Shown: positions 1 to 8,565, counted from the stretch's first letter. The stretch: 39,132 nt of DNA from a virus (IMGVR_UViG_3300046674_000493:1-39132), one strand, 5' to 3'. Numbers and translations: made by a program. The notes: generated by a model not told the origin, from the sequence alone.

Positions 1-127
1 GTCGCCCTGATCCAGGGCGGCACCGAGGCCAACAAAGTCCTGCGGACCATGGTCGAGTGGGTGACCAAGCTGGTCAACGCCTACACCGACCTGCCGAGTT
101 GGGCCCAGACCTCGGCCGTGGCGATCC
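1..127. repeat. Terminal overlap, identical to 39006..39132
   Basis: Base-by-base identity of the first and last 127 nt of the window. Confidence 0.97.
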
Positions 128-1857
128 TCGGGATCGCCGGCGCGCTGGCCGTCGCCGCGGCCAGCTTCCTCCTGGTCCTGCCGCGCATCGCGGCCTTCCA
201 GACGTCCCTCGCCACTCTGGCGACGACGATGCCGAGGCTCGCCACCGCAGCGAGCGGCACCATGTCCATCCTCGGCGGGCCGTTCGGCGCGATCCTCGGG
301 ATCGCCACCGCCGCCCTCACCGTGTTCGGACTCGTCAACTCCGGCGCGAAGCAGAAGGTGGAGGGGTTGACCGACGCCGTCAAGGCCGACGGCGCGGCCA
401 TCGGCGCCAACACCAAGGCCTGGCTGGCGCACGAGCTGGAGACCCGCGGCGTGCTGAAAGCCGCCGAGGCTCTCGGCGTGAGCACCTCGGATCTGACGGA
501 CGCGGTCCTCGGCAACGGCGAAGCGGTGCAGCGCGTCAACGGCGCCCTGCAGTCATACCGCGACCAGGCCGCCGAGGTGGCGGCCGCCGGATCCGACGCC
601 GGCGCCGCCCAGGACGAATGGTCGAAGAGCCTCGTCAAGGTCGACGACGTCCTGCAGGGCCTGAGCCCCGAGATCGGCAAGTCGGTGGACGCCGCGAAGC
701 GCGAGGCCGAGGCCGCCGGGGCCGCCGCCGACGGCACGAAGCGTCTCGGCACCGAGGCCGCCACGACGGCCGACGAGCTGGGGGACACCCGCACCGAGGC
801 CGAGAAGCTGACCGACACCCTGAACACGCTGAACGGCGCGAACATCAGCGCGGCGGAAGCAGCCATGGGCATGCAGTCCTCCCTGGCCGGCCTGCGTAAG
901 GAGGTCGGCGACTCGGGGACGAGCCTGGACATCACCACGGAGAAGGGCCGCGCCGTGAAGGGTGCGTTCCTGGACGCGGCGAAGGCGGCGGAGGCGCACG
1001 CCGAGGCCGTCCAGAAGCAGACCGGCTCCACGGAGCAGGCCAACATCGTGCTGGGGCAGGACATCCAGGCCCTCAAGGACACGATGAAGGCTGCGGGGTT
1101 CACGCAGCAGCAGATCGAGACGCTGACCTCCGCCTATGCCAACGTCCCGAAGACGGCGGCGACCACGGTCACCGACCCGGGCGCGCTGCAGACCATCGCC
1201 GACCTCCAGGACATCAAGAAGAAGGTCGAGGACGTCCCGCCGGGCAAGTCGATCACGGTGAAGGCGCCGTCGGCCGACGCTCTCCGCGACCTGGAGATCA
1301 TCGGCTACACCGTCGAGCACCTCAAGGACGGCAAGGTCAAGATCACCGTCCCGACCTCCGACGCGTTCGACGGGACGACCCGGATCCAGTCGTACATCAA
1401 CGGCATCACCGGCAAGACCGTGCACGTCAACATCGACGGCTCCGTCAACATCCCCGGCTCGGTGGGCTGGAGGATGTCGGCGCAGGCCGACGGCGGGATC
1501 GTCGGCCTCGCGGACGGCGCCATCACGGCCGCCGCGTCCGGCTTCTCGACCCGCCAGGCGGGCGTCTCCAACCGGGCGATCCTGTGGGCGGAGGCCGGCC
1601 CGGAGGCGTACATCCCCCTCGACCCGGCGAAACGCGCCCGCTCCACCGCCCTCCTCGGGCAGGTCGCCGCGGACTTCGGGTACCAGCTGGTGCCCGCGGC
1701 CCGGGACCTGATCCCCGTCGGGCAGCTTGCGAGCGCCCCGGCCGCTCCGGCGGCACCGGCCGGCCGAGGCCCGACCAGCGTCACGCTGTACGGCGCGAGC
1801 CAGAGCTTCTCTGAGCAACTCGCCGACGTCGTAAGGCATTTGGAGTTCCCCATCTGA
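1..1857 (+). CDS. Tail tape measure protein, C-terminal part (continues from 37539..39005 across the circular junction)
   Basis: In-frame continuation of the ORF that runs off the right end. Ala/Gly/Glu-rich helical text, hydrophobic segment ILGIAGALAVAAASFLLVL and a C-terminal ILWAEAGPEAYIPL-type motif. Lies after the G/GT chaperones and before the minor tail genes; stop TGA 1855-1857. Confidence 0.9.
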   Translation, partial: VALIQGGTEANKVLRTMVEWVTKLVNAYTDLPSWAQTSAVAILGIAGALAVAAASFLLVLPRIAAFQTSLATLATTMPRLATAASGTMSILGGPFGAILGIATAALTVFGLVNSGAKQKVEGLTDAVKADGAAIGANTKAWLAHELETRGVLKAAEALGVSTSDLTDAVLGNGEAVQRVNGALQSYRDQAAEVAAAGSDAGAAQDEWSKSLVKVDDVLQGLSPEIGKSVDAAKREAEAAGAAADGTKRLGTEAATTADELGDTRTEAEKLTDTLNTLNGANISAAEAAMGMQSSLAGLRKEVGDSGTSLDITTEKGRAVKGAFLDAAKAAEAHAEAVQKQTGSTEQANIVLGQDIQALKDTMKAAGFTQQQIETLTSAYANVPKTAATTVTDPGALQTIADLQDIKKKVEDVPPGKSITVKAPSADALRDLEIIGYTVEHLKDGKVKITVPTSDAFDGTTRIQSYINGITGKTVHVNIDGSVNIPGSVGWRMSAQADGGIVGLADGAITAAASGFSTRQAGVSNRAILWAEAGPEAYIPLDPAKRARSTALLGQVAADFGYQLVPAARDLIPVGQLASAPAAPAAPAGRGPTSVTLYGASQSFSEQLADVVRHLEFPI

Positions 1858-1870
1858 GAGGAGGCCGACC

Positions 1871-2743
1871 GTGGCCGGATACACGCCGGGGCAGGTGCTC
1901 GGCGGACGGACCGTCACTCTCGGCGCCGTCACGCTGGGCGCCGTGGACAGTGCCGGCGTGGCGTGGACGCTGAACCGCGACGGCCTGCAGGGATGGGACA
2001 GCCCGGAGGTGCGGACCCAGTACTCGGACCGGCAGGCCGACCACGGAGCGTGGGCCGGTCCGACGTACCTGGCCGCCCGCGTTGTTACCCTCGCCGGGAC
2101 GATCACCGCCCCGGACCTCGCTGCCCTGGATACTGCCGTCGAACAGCTCCTCGCGGCCGCGTCCCTGACGGACACCGTGCTGAGCGTCGCCGAGACGGTG
2201 CCCAAGCAGGCGACGGTGCGGCGTTCGGGGCGGGTCCTGGTGCGGTTGGAGACGGACCGGATCGCGGCGTACAGCGTCATGCTGACGGCCGCCGACCCAC
2301 GCCGGTACAGCACCACCGAGCAGGCCGTCTCCACCGGGCTGCCGGTGTCCTCGGGAGGCGTCACGCTGCCCATCACTCTGCCGCTGACCATCACGGCCGG
2401 CAGCAGCTCAGGCACGATCACCCTGACCAACAGCGGCACGATCGCCACCCGGCCGCGGTTCATCGTCAGCGGGCCCGTGCCCGGCTTCGCGATCCTCGTG
2501 CAGTACCAGGACAGCACCGTTCGCCAGCTCGCCTACACAGACACTCTCGGCCTGGGCGACAGCCTGACCATCGATACGGACGCCCGCACCGTGCTCCTCA
2601 ACGGCACCGTGTCCAGGCGCCGTTACCTCTCCGGCCCGTGGCCGGACATCCCGCCCGGCCAGACGATCACGGTCCAGTGGACCTCTGCCGGATCCGACCC
2701 CACCGCGCTCCTCTACGGCGCGGCCCGATCCGCATGGATGTGA
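1871..2743 (+). CDS. Distal tail protein (Dit-like, siphovirus tail family)
   Basis: GTG start just after the TMP stop with a GAGAGGAGG RBS; first gene after the TMP. N-terminal text (WTLNRDGLQGWDSPEVR...HGAWAGPTYLAARVVTLAGTI) resembles Sipho_tail-type proteins from memory. Strong GC3 bias. Confidence 0.6.
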   Translation: MAGYTPGQVLGGRTVTLGAVTLGAVDSAGVAWTLNRDGLQGWDSPEVRTQYSDRQADHGAWAGPTYLAARVVTLAGTITAPDLAALDTAVEQLLAAASLTDTVLSVAETVPKQATVRRSGRVLVRLETDRIAAYSVMLTAADPRRYSTTEQAVSTGLPVSSGGVTLPITLPLTITAGSSSGTITLTNSGTIATRPRFIVSGPVPGFAILVQYQDSTVRQLAYTDTLGLGDSLTIDTDARTVLLNGTVSRRRYLSGPWPDIPPGQTITVQWTSAGSDPTALLYGAARSAWM

Positions 2744-2752
2744 GGACCCACC

Positions 2753-3799
2753 GTGCCCACTGACCCTCTCTGGCTGCCGACGCTGCCGTACGACGAGACC
2801 GAATTCCGCAAGATGGACCTGGCGCTCGTCATGGCCGACGGCACGGCTCTCGGCGCGCGACCGGGCATCCGCGCCGGCGACCCGGGCCTCGCCGTCACCC
2901 TGGCCGGCACCACTGTGAACGTGTCCGCGGGCACGGCGGTGCTGTACCGGTCCGGGCAGGGCCTCTACCGGGCCCAGATGCCCGCCAGCAGCCCGGGCAC
3001 ACTCGCCGCCGCCAACGCCTCGTTCTCGCGCATCGACCTGGTGTATCTGCGGGTGTGGGACACCGCGGTCGACGCCTCCGGCCTGCGCAAAGCAGACACG
3101 GTCTACCTGGCGGGGACCGCCTCGGCGACGCCGGTGGCGCCCACCCCGGGCGCCAGCGAGATCTACATTTCCCTCGCCACCATCACCGTGCCCAGCACCG
3201 GCGGCGGCGGCACCGGCGCGGCCACCGTCTCCAGCGCGGTCCGGCAGATCACCGTCGCCCCCGGCGGCATCCTGCCCGTCTCCAGCAGCACCGACCTCGC
3301 CATCAGCGGCACCTACGTCGGCCAGGCCCGGTACAACACCGTCCGCAGCATGCCCGAGTACTGGAACGGCACCGCCTGGGCCGCCCAGGGCGACTGGTCG
3401 TCCTTCACGCCCACGTGGACGGCGGCGACCACCAATCCGGCCCTCGGCAACGGGACATTGGCCTCCCGCTGGACCCGCGTGGGCCGCCAGATCACCTGGA
3501 TCGGCCTGATGGGCGCCGGGTCAACCACCAATGGGGGTAACGGCGTCTGGTCGATGTCCCTGCCGACCCAGGCCGCCGCCAACGGCGTCATCGCGGTGGG
3601 CAGTGCGAATTATTTCAACCAGGGCGACAACGACTACGTCGGCGTCTGCCAGATCAGCAGCAACGCCACCACCGCGACGTTCTCCGTCAAGACCGGCGCT
3701 GCCGCCCAGACCTTCACCAATGTCTCCAACTCCACGCCGGTCGCGGCCGGCTCCACGTCGAACCTTCGTTGGAGCATCGTTTACGAGGCTGGCGCTTGA
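2753..3799 (+). CDS. Minor tail protein, putative receptor-binding protein
   Basis: GTG start 10 nt after the previous stop. The C-terminal half (WSSFTPTWTAATTNPALGNGTLASRWTRVGRQITW...) resembles the conserved C-terminal module of actinophage minor tail/fibre proteins (from memory). Confidence 0.55.
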   Translation: MPTDPLWLPTLPYDETEFRKMDLALVMADGTALGARPGIRAGDPGLAVTLAGTTVNVSAGTAVLYRSGQGLYRAQMPASSPGTLAAANASFSRIDLVYLRVWDTAVDASGLRKADTVYLAGTASATPVAPTPGASEIYISLATITVPSTGGGGTGAATVSSAVRQITVAPGGILPVSSSTDLAISGTYVGQARYNTVRSMPEYWNGTAWAAQGDWSSFTPTWTAATTNPALGNGTLASRWTRVGRQITWIGLMGAGSTTNGGNGVWSMSLPTQAAANGVIAVGSANYFNQGDNDYVGVCQISSNATTATFSVKTGAAAQTFTNVSNSTPVAAGSTSNLRWSIVYEAGA

Positions 3800-4881
3800 T
3801 GGCCCCGGTCGAACTCGCCTGGCTCGCCTGCGACCTGCGCACCGGGGCCGTCGCCGAGGAACTGCCCACCCTGCGCCCCAGCCAGGCCCTGTCACGGCGC
3901 CTCGGCGCGGTCACCGCGTTCACCGGCGACCTGCACCTCGCCCGCGCGCCGCGCGAGTGGGAGGCGGCGACCGACCCCGGCCGGACCATGCTCGTGGGCG
4001 TCGACACCACCACCGGCGACCCGGTCTGGTCCGGCCTCGTCCTCAACCGCGCCGGCGGGTCCGGTGCCCAGGTGCAACTCGCGGCGGCGACGCCCGAGGT
4101 GTGGCTCGACCGCCGCTACACCGGCACCTACAGCGCCACGGCCACCGACCAGGCGACCATCATGGCCAACATCGCCGGCCCTGCACTCGCCTCCGGCCCC
4201 CCGATCGTCATGGCGGCCACCCCCACCGGCGTCCTCGACGACTACAGCATCGACGACGCCGCCGACCGGACCATCCTGTCTGTGCTGGAGGAGATCAGCG
4301 ACCAGCAGGGCGCCCCCGAGTGGACGATCGACACCCGGTGGGCCGACGCCTCGCACACCCGCATCGAGCTGGTCCTGCGGATCCAGGCCACCATCGGCGT
4401 GCAGAGCACCACGCCCGACGCGGTGTTCGACCTTCCCGGCGCCGTCGCCGAGTACACGCTCACCGAGTCGTACGAACGCGGCCGCGGCGCCACCTCGGTA
4501 ACCGCGCGGGGGGACCGGGCAGACGGCGTCCGCGCCACCAGCACCCCCCACACCGACACGGCCCTGCTGGCCGCGGGCTGGGGCCTGTGGGAATACCGCT
4601 GGACACCCGCCCAGGGCATCACCTCCACCGACCAGCTGGAGTCCCACGCCGCCGAAGCCCTCGCCCTCATGGGCACGGGCAGCCGGGCCTGGTCCCTCAA
4701 CGCGGTCGCCTCGCGCGCACCCCGCGTCGGCAGCGCCTGGGGCCTGGGCGACAGCGTGCGCCTGGCCGTCGCCACCTCCCCCCGGCACCCCGCCGGCGTC
4801 AACGTCGTCGCCCGCGCCTACGCCTGGACCCTCGACCCGGCCGCCGACCGAATCTCCCCGATCCTCCTGGAGGACGCATGA
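3799..4881 (+). CDS. Minor tail protein
   Basis: ATGA stop/start overlap with the previous gene at 3797-3801, so the track start 3769 is probably too far upstream. N-terminus MAPVELAWLACDLRTG; position in the tail module. Confidence 0.55.
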   Translation: MAPVELAWLACDLRTGAVAEELPTLRPSQALSRRLGAVTAFTGDLHLARAPREWEAATDPGRTMLVGVDTTTGDPVWSGLVLNRAGGSGAQVQLAAATPEVWLDRRYTGTYSATATDQATIMANIAGPALASGPPIVMAATPTGVLDDYSIDDAADRTILSVLEEISDQQGAPEWTIDTRWADASHTRIELVLRIQATIGVQSTTPDAVFDLPGAVAEYTLTESYERGRGATSVTARGDRADGVRATSTPHTDTALLAAGWGLWEYRWTPAQGITSTDQLESHAAEALALMGTGSRAWSLNAVASRAPRVGSAWGLGDSVRLAVATSPRHPAGVNVVARAYAWTLDPAADRISPILLEDA

Positions 4882-5336
4882 CCACCCGCAACAACCAGCT
4901 GCCCAAAGACGCGTCCTGGCTGGCCCGCAAGGTGCTCGAGGTCATCGACGACATCACCCACCTGCGCGCGCACACCCCGGACATGGCCGCCGCGGACGCC
5001 CTGCTCGCACCGGCGGACACCGACATCACCCGGTGGCCGCAGACCACGGCCAGCGTCTTCACCACCGTCGCCCGCTGCTACAACGTCGCCTGGAAGCCGC
5101 GGCTTCGGCTTCTCGTGGCGACGACCACCTCGGGCGGCAGCACCGGCACCGTCCGCGTTTCCATCAACGGCACCGTCTGGGCCACCGGCAGCGCGGGGGC
5201 GGCACTCGACATCACCGCGGCCCTGCCCGCGGGCGTCAGCATCGGCGCCCAGTACCAGATCACCGTGGAGGCCGTGCGCACGTCCGGCGCCGGCTCCGTC
5301 TATGCCCAGGTCCAGCTGATCCGCGCCACCGACTGA
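4878..5336 (+). CDS. Hypothetical protein (tail module)
   Basis: ATGA overlap at 4878-4881. Only the last 152 codons of track ORF 3531..5336 have normal protein composition; the upstream part is Arg/Pro-rich out-of-frame read-through of the previous genes. Confidence 0.5.
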   Translation: MTTRNNQLPKDASWLARKVLEVIDDITHLRAHTPDMAAADALLAPADTDITRWPQTTASVFTTVARCYNVAWKPRLRLLVATTTSGGSTGTVRVSINGTVWATGSAGAALDITAALPAGVSIGAQYQITVEAVRTSGAGSVYAQVQLIRATD

Positions 5337-5346
5337 GGAGCAACAC

Positions 5347-5727
5347 GTGCACAAGGTCACCACCCTGCGTGCCGACAACCCGCAGGAACTCGCCGACCGG
5401 ATGGCTCCTATCGCCGTCGACGAGTACCGCGCCGGCCGCGCCGGCCAGCTGTCCGCACCCACGTCCGGGCAGACCCAGATCCCCGCCGAACTCTGGCTGC
5501 TGGCGGTCGCCCGCGTCAGCCCGGAACCCGGCGAATGGACCATCTACGCCCTCACCAGCGACGAGGACATCCCCGGCTGGCCCTACAACACCGGCTACTA
5601 CAACGGCGGCCTGCGGACGCCCCCGCAGTTCGCGCAGGCCCTCGCCGCAGCCGGCTACCAGGTCGCCCTCCGCCACTACAGCGGATTCACGGTGACCTGC
5701 ACCGACCAGGACGTCCCGCTCACCTGA
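5347..5727 (+). CDS. Hypothetical protein
   Basis: GTG start preceded by GAGGAG (5335-5340); GC3-biased ORF between the tail and lysis genes. Confidence 0.5.
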   Translation: MHKVTTLRADNPQELADRMAPIAVDEYRAGRAGQLSAPTSGQTQIPAELWLLAVARVSPEPGEWTIYALTSDEDIPGWPYNTGYYNGGLRTPPQFAQALAAAGYQVALRHYSGFTVTCTDQDVPLT

Positions 5728-5765
5728 TCCCCGGCCCGTCCGGGCCCATCACACCTGGAGGCCTG

Positions 5766-6800
5766 ATGGCCTGGTACCCCGGCGCCGAGCGCACGGAGCT
5801 CCAACCCGAATCCGACGGCCAGCCGGCCATCGTCCCCACCCAGCTCATCCTGCACAGCATCGCCGCCCCGTGGACGCCGCGCCGGATCTACGAGTACTGG
5901 CGCGACTCCACCAACCTGGAGTCGCACTTCGGCCTCGGGTTCGACGGCAGCCTCGGCCAGTACATCGGGACGCAGACCCGCGCGGACGCGAACATGCACG
6001 CCAACCTCCGGCCGGACGGCACCGGCGCGGTATCGGTCGAGTCGGCGTCCAACCTCCAGCACACCGACCCCTGGACGGACGCGCAGGTCGAGGCGCTGAT
6101 CCGGCTCGGCGTCTGGATGCACCAGCAGCACGGGATCCCGCTGCGGATCTGCCGCACCTGGGACGACCCCGGCTACGGCGTGCACCGGATGTTCCCGCAG
6201 TGGTCGGACGGCGGCACCGCCTGCCCCGGCGACGCGCGGGTCCGGCAGTTCCACGAGCTGGTGTTCCCGGGCATCGTCGCCCGCGCAACCGGGACCGCAG
6301 CTCCCGCTCCTACCCCCGCGCCGACCCCGGCGCCCGTCCAGGAGGACGACATGACCCCCGAGGAACTCCTCACCCACCGCGTGCCGCTCGCCACCCTGCC
6401 CGGAGGCTATGTGCCCTCCGTGGAGGAGCTCCTGAACGGCGCGAAGGCCGCGGACAGCCTGATCGAGGGGCTGCGCGCCGACCTGCCGGCCCTGCTCCTC
6501 AACGCGCCGATGCCGCAGGGCGCGGCCCTGTCCAACGGCTACGTGCCCACCGTCTGGGAGGCCATCAACGGCGCCCAGACCGCAGGCTCCCAGATCGCCG
6601 CGCTCACCGCGCAGATGACCGCACAGGGCGTCGCGAACGCGGCTGCCCTCACCGCGCTGTCCACCCTCGTCGCCCAGGTCCACGGCCTGGACGTCGCCGC
6701 GGTCGGGGCAACCGTGGAGGCCGCCGTCACGCGGGCCCTCGCCACGGGCACCGTCTCCGTCGACGTCCAGGTCCATAACACCACCACCCCGAAGGGCTGA
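5766..6800 (+). CDS. Endolysin, N-acetylmuramoyl-L-alanine amidase (Amidase_2/PGRP-type) with unassigned C-terminal repeat domain
   Basis: ATG 5766 after a CTGGAGG RBS. N-domain motifs LILHSIAAPW ... GVHRMF...TACPG fit Zn-amidase His/His/Cys ligand spacing. PAPTPAPTPAP linker, then an Ala-rich C-domain with an internal repeat. Immediately upstream of the holin. Confidence 0.85.
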   Translation: MAWYPGAERTELQPESDGQPAIVPTQLILHSIAAPWTPRRIYEYWRDSTNLESHFGLGFDGSLGQYIGTQTRADANMHANLRPDGTGAVSVESASNLQHTDPWTDAQVEALIRLGVWMHQQHGIPLRICRTWDDPGYGVHRMFPQWSDGGTACPGDARVRQFHELVFPGIVARATGTAAPAPTPAPTPAPVQEDDMTPEELLTHRVPLATLPGGYVPSVEELLNGAKAADSLIEGLRADLPALLLNAPMPQGAALSNGYVPTVWEAINGAQTAGSQIAALTAQMTAQGVANAAALTALSTLVAQVHGLDVAAVGATVEAAVTRALATGTVSVDVQVHNTTTPKG

Positions 6801-6805
6801 CCACC

Positions 6806-7027
6806 ATGTCCCGCTACCTGATTGACCTCGGCGAGCGCGTCGGCGCGACCGCCGCAGAGGCAGGCCTCGCCGTCGTCATCACCGAGGTCGGCAGCCTGCC
6901 CGCGTGGTGGGTGCCGCTGCTCATCCCGATCCTGGCCGCCGCGAAGAGCCTGTGCGCGGGCTTCGTCGGCCGCAAGGACACCGCCGCGCTGCTGCCCGCG
7001 GGCACCGACCCGGCCAGTCGCCCGTGA
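6806..7027 (+). CDS. Holin
   Basis: 73 aa directly after the endolysin. Hydrophobic segments AGLAVVITEVGSL and WWVPLLIPILAAAKSLCAGFV with a charged C-terminus. N-terminal LGERVGATAAEAG resembles r1t-type holins (from memory). Confidence 0.65.
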   Translation: MSRYLIDLGERVGATAAEAGLAVVITEVGSLPAWWVPLLIPILAAAKSLCAGFVGRKDTAALLPAGTDPASRP

Positions 7028-7311
7028 GCGGGCCGGAGACCGACCGGCCAGCGGTCTCCCTGGCCCTCGAACTGGCCGAGATCCGGAGGAGTGTGGACGT
7101 CGGATTCGCCCGTACGGACGGACAGCTCGCGCTCGTCCTCCAGCGCGTCGACCAGAGCGACGGTCAGGTCGCCGAGCTCAAGGACGAGGTGGCCAGCCTC
7201 CGGGGCGAGGTCGAGGAGCTCAAGCGGCGCCGCTTCCCCATCCCCATCGTCGGCGCCCTCACCGGCCTCGCCGCCCTGGCCGTCGCCCTCATCCCCCTGC
7301 TCACCCGCTGA
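7024..7311 (+). CDS. Lysis-cassette protein, coiled coil with C-terminal membrane anchor
   Basis: GTGA overlap with the holin stop (7024-7027). Heptad-like stretch VAELKDEVASLRGEVEELKRRR followed by FPIPIVGALTGLAALAVALIPLL. Confidence 0.5.
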   Translation: MSGPETDRPAVSLALELAEIRRSVDVGFARTDGQLALVLQRVDQSDGQVAELKDEVASLRGEVEELKRRRFPIPIVGALTGLAALAVALIPLLTR

Positions 7312-7318
7312 CCCACCA

Positions 7319-7350
7319 CGCCCCCGCTCGGCTACGGCCGGGCGGGGGCG
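7319..7350. terminator. Bidirectional hairpin between convergent genes
   Basis: Perfect 9-bp stem CGCCCCCGC / GCGGGGGCG with a 14-nt loop. Lies between the + strand stop at 7311 and the - strand stop at 7372. No U-tract. Confidence 0.55.
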
Positions 7351-7371
7351 CTTCGTCGTGCCCGGGCCCCG

Positions 7372-7860
7372 TCAGTACTTCGGGCAGATGTGCGTGTGCA
7401 CGACGTCGAGGATCCGCGCCGCAGTGGCGAGCCCGAAACCCTCTGGGTGGTTCGGGCTAATGAACCGCTTATTGGCGAGGTCGAGCAGCTTCTCTCGGTC
7501 CGTGGGCCAGGCGGCGATCGAGGTGCACTCGTCGCGGCCCCGGTTGACGGCTTTGTCGTCCTTGCCGTTGACGATCTCCGGGTTGATGGCGATGAGCGCC
7601 GCGATGTACTTCGCAGTGGTCGCGGCGTCCGGCTTCGGTGGGAGGCTGCCTGCGGACTCGACTGCAGGGCTGCTCGCGGGCGAGGCCGCAGGTGTCGGAG
7701 CGGCAGGCACCGAACTGGTCGCCGGGGCTGCGGGCGCGGCGCTGCTGGCGGCCGGCACCGGAGCGGCCGCAGGCTTCGCCGGCGTGCTGCTGGCACACCC
7801 GGTCACGCCGAGCGCGATCGCTGCGGCGAGGATGATCGTGGTGGTTGTACGGATGCGCAT
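7372..7860 (-). CDS. Secreted lipoprotein (moron)
   Basis: ATG at 7860 (complement) after an AGGGGGGA RBS. Signal peptide MRIRTTTTIILAAAIALGVTGC with lipobox VTGC, a Pro/Ala/Ser linker, then a ~85-aa globular C-domain with two Cys. Only the last 162 codons of track ORF 7372..8562 are credible. Confidence 0.8.
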   Translation of the reverse strand: MRIRTTTTIILAAAIALGVTGCASSTPAKPAAAPVPAASSAAPAAPATSSVPAAPTPAASPASSPAVESAGSLPPKPDAATTAKYIAALIAINPEIVNGKDDKAVNRGRDECTSIAAWPTDREKLLDLANKRFISPNHPEGFGLATAARILDVVHTHICPKY

Positions 7861-8000
7861 GGTCCCCCCTGGGACGTGATGGTCAGGTGGGGACCGTACC
7901 GGCGTGGTGGTGGCGAGATGCCGAAGTTGCAGAGCCGTGACCGTACGGGCGATCGCCGGCAACGCCCCCGACCTGGAGCCGGGGCGCGTCGCGTCCGCGG

Positions 8001-8555
8001 TCAGCGAGCAGCGGCCACGGCGTCGGTGTACAGCTCGGTCGTGAGGTCGCTCTCCTCGATGCCGAGGCCGCCGAGGACGGCGCGCACCGCGGCCAGTGCC
8101 GGCTCGACGTCGTCCTCGGCGGCCTGGGTCTCCAGCTCGATGAACGTCTCGCCGAGCTCGGGCACCCGCACCAGCGTCGCCAGCATGGAGCGGCCCTCGG
8201 CGTGAAGCGTGTAGTTGCGGCATCGCTTCTCGAAGCGGATGACGGGGACGTAGCCGAGACCCCGCACGATCTCGTGAGCAGCCTCGGCATCCTCGACTCG
8301 AGTCTCGGCCTCGGGCTTCGAGCCGGAGGCGTCGTCGACCCGGGCGCCCTTGTACGTCAGCACGGTGCGGGTGTCGTCGGCGGCGTGGACGGTGCGGATC
8401 CGCAGCTCGCGGTCGCCGTCCCCAAGGGCACCGGCAGAGGTGTCGTAGTAGGTGTCCTGGTAGACCTCCGGACGGCCAGGGCCGTAGGCGTCTTCCAGGC
8501 GGCTCATCACGGCCTCGGGGTCCCGTACGACCGCCTTGAGCTCTGCCTCGATCAT
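8001..8555 (-). CDS. CYTH-domain protein (class IV adenylate cyclase / triphosphate tunnel metalloenzyme-like)
   Basis: ATG at 8555 (complement) 6 nt after GAGGAG. N-terminal ExExK signature (MIEAELK), then LRIR, TYKG, EAETRVED, FEKRCRNY and GETFIELE strand motifs typical of CYTH. Confidence 0.85.
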   Translation of the reverse strand: MIEAELKAVVRDPEAVMSRLEDAYGPGRPEVYQDTYYDTSAGALGDGDRELRIRTVHAADDTRTVLTYKGARVDDASGSKPEAETRVEDAEAAHEIVRGLGYVPVIRFEKRCRNYTLHAEGRSMLATLVRVPELGETFIELETQAAEDDVEPALAAVRAVLGGLGIEESDLTTELYTDAVAAAR

Positions 8556-8565
8556 GTGCCACTCC

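Noticed and set aside
1-127. Biological direct terminal repeat or LTR of a mobile element
   Set aside because: The overlap lies in the middle of the tape-measure coding sequence, and its length equals a commonly used maximal assembler k-mer. It is most simply an assembly signature of circularity, though this cannot be excluded without reads.
553-2517. 654-aa minus-strand ORF, plus similar long antisense or out-of-frame ORFs (29088..31682 at 864 aa, 36813..38621 at 602 aa, 27476..29245, 14252..15907, 26452..27726, 5676..6776)
   Set aside because: Their translations are Arg/Gly/Pro/Ala-rich low-complexity text typical of stop-poor alternative frames in very GC-rich DNA. They overlap well-supported phage genes on the other strand and lack RBSs.
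3531-4877. N-terminal extensions of track ORFs, such as 3531..5336, 5535..6800, 20514..22190, 30404..32476, 33012..35036 and 7372..8562
   Set aside because: The upstream portions are Arg/Pro-rich read-through overlapping the preceding real genes. Credible starts with an RBS or with ATGA/GTGA coupling occur further downstream, and those were used instead.
7351-7360. Identical 10-mer CTTCGTCGTG following two different hairpins (7351-7360 and 24366-24375)
   Set aside because: It is short and there are only two copies. Both simply follow GC hairpins in a compositionally biased genome, so there is not enough evidence for a functional motif.
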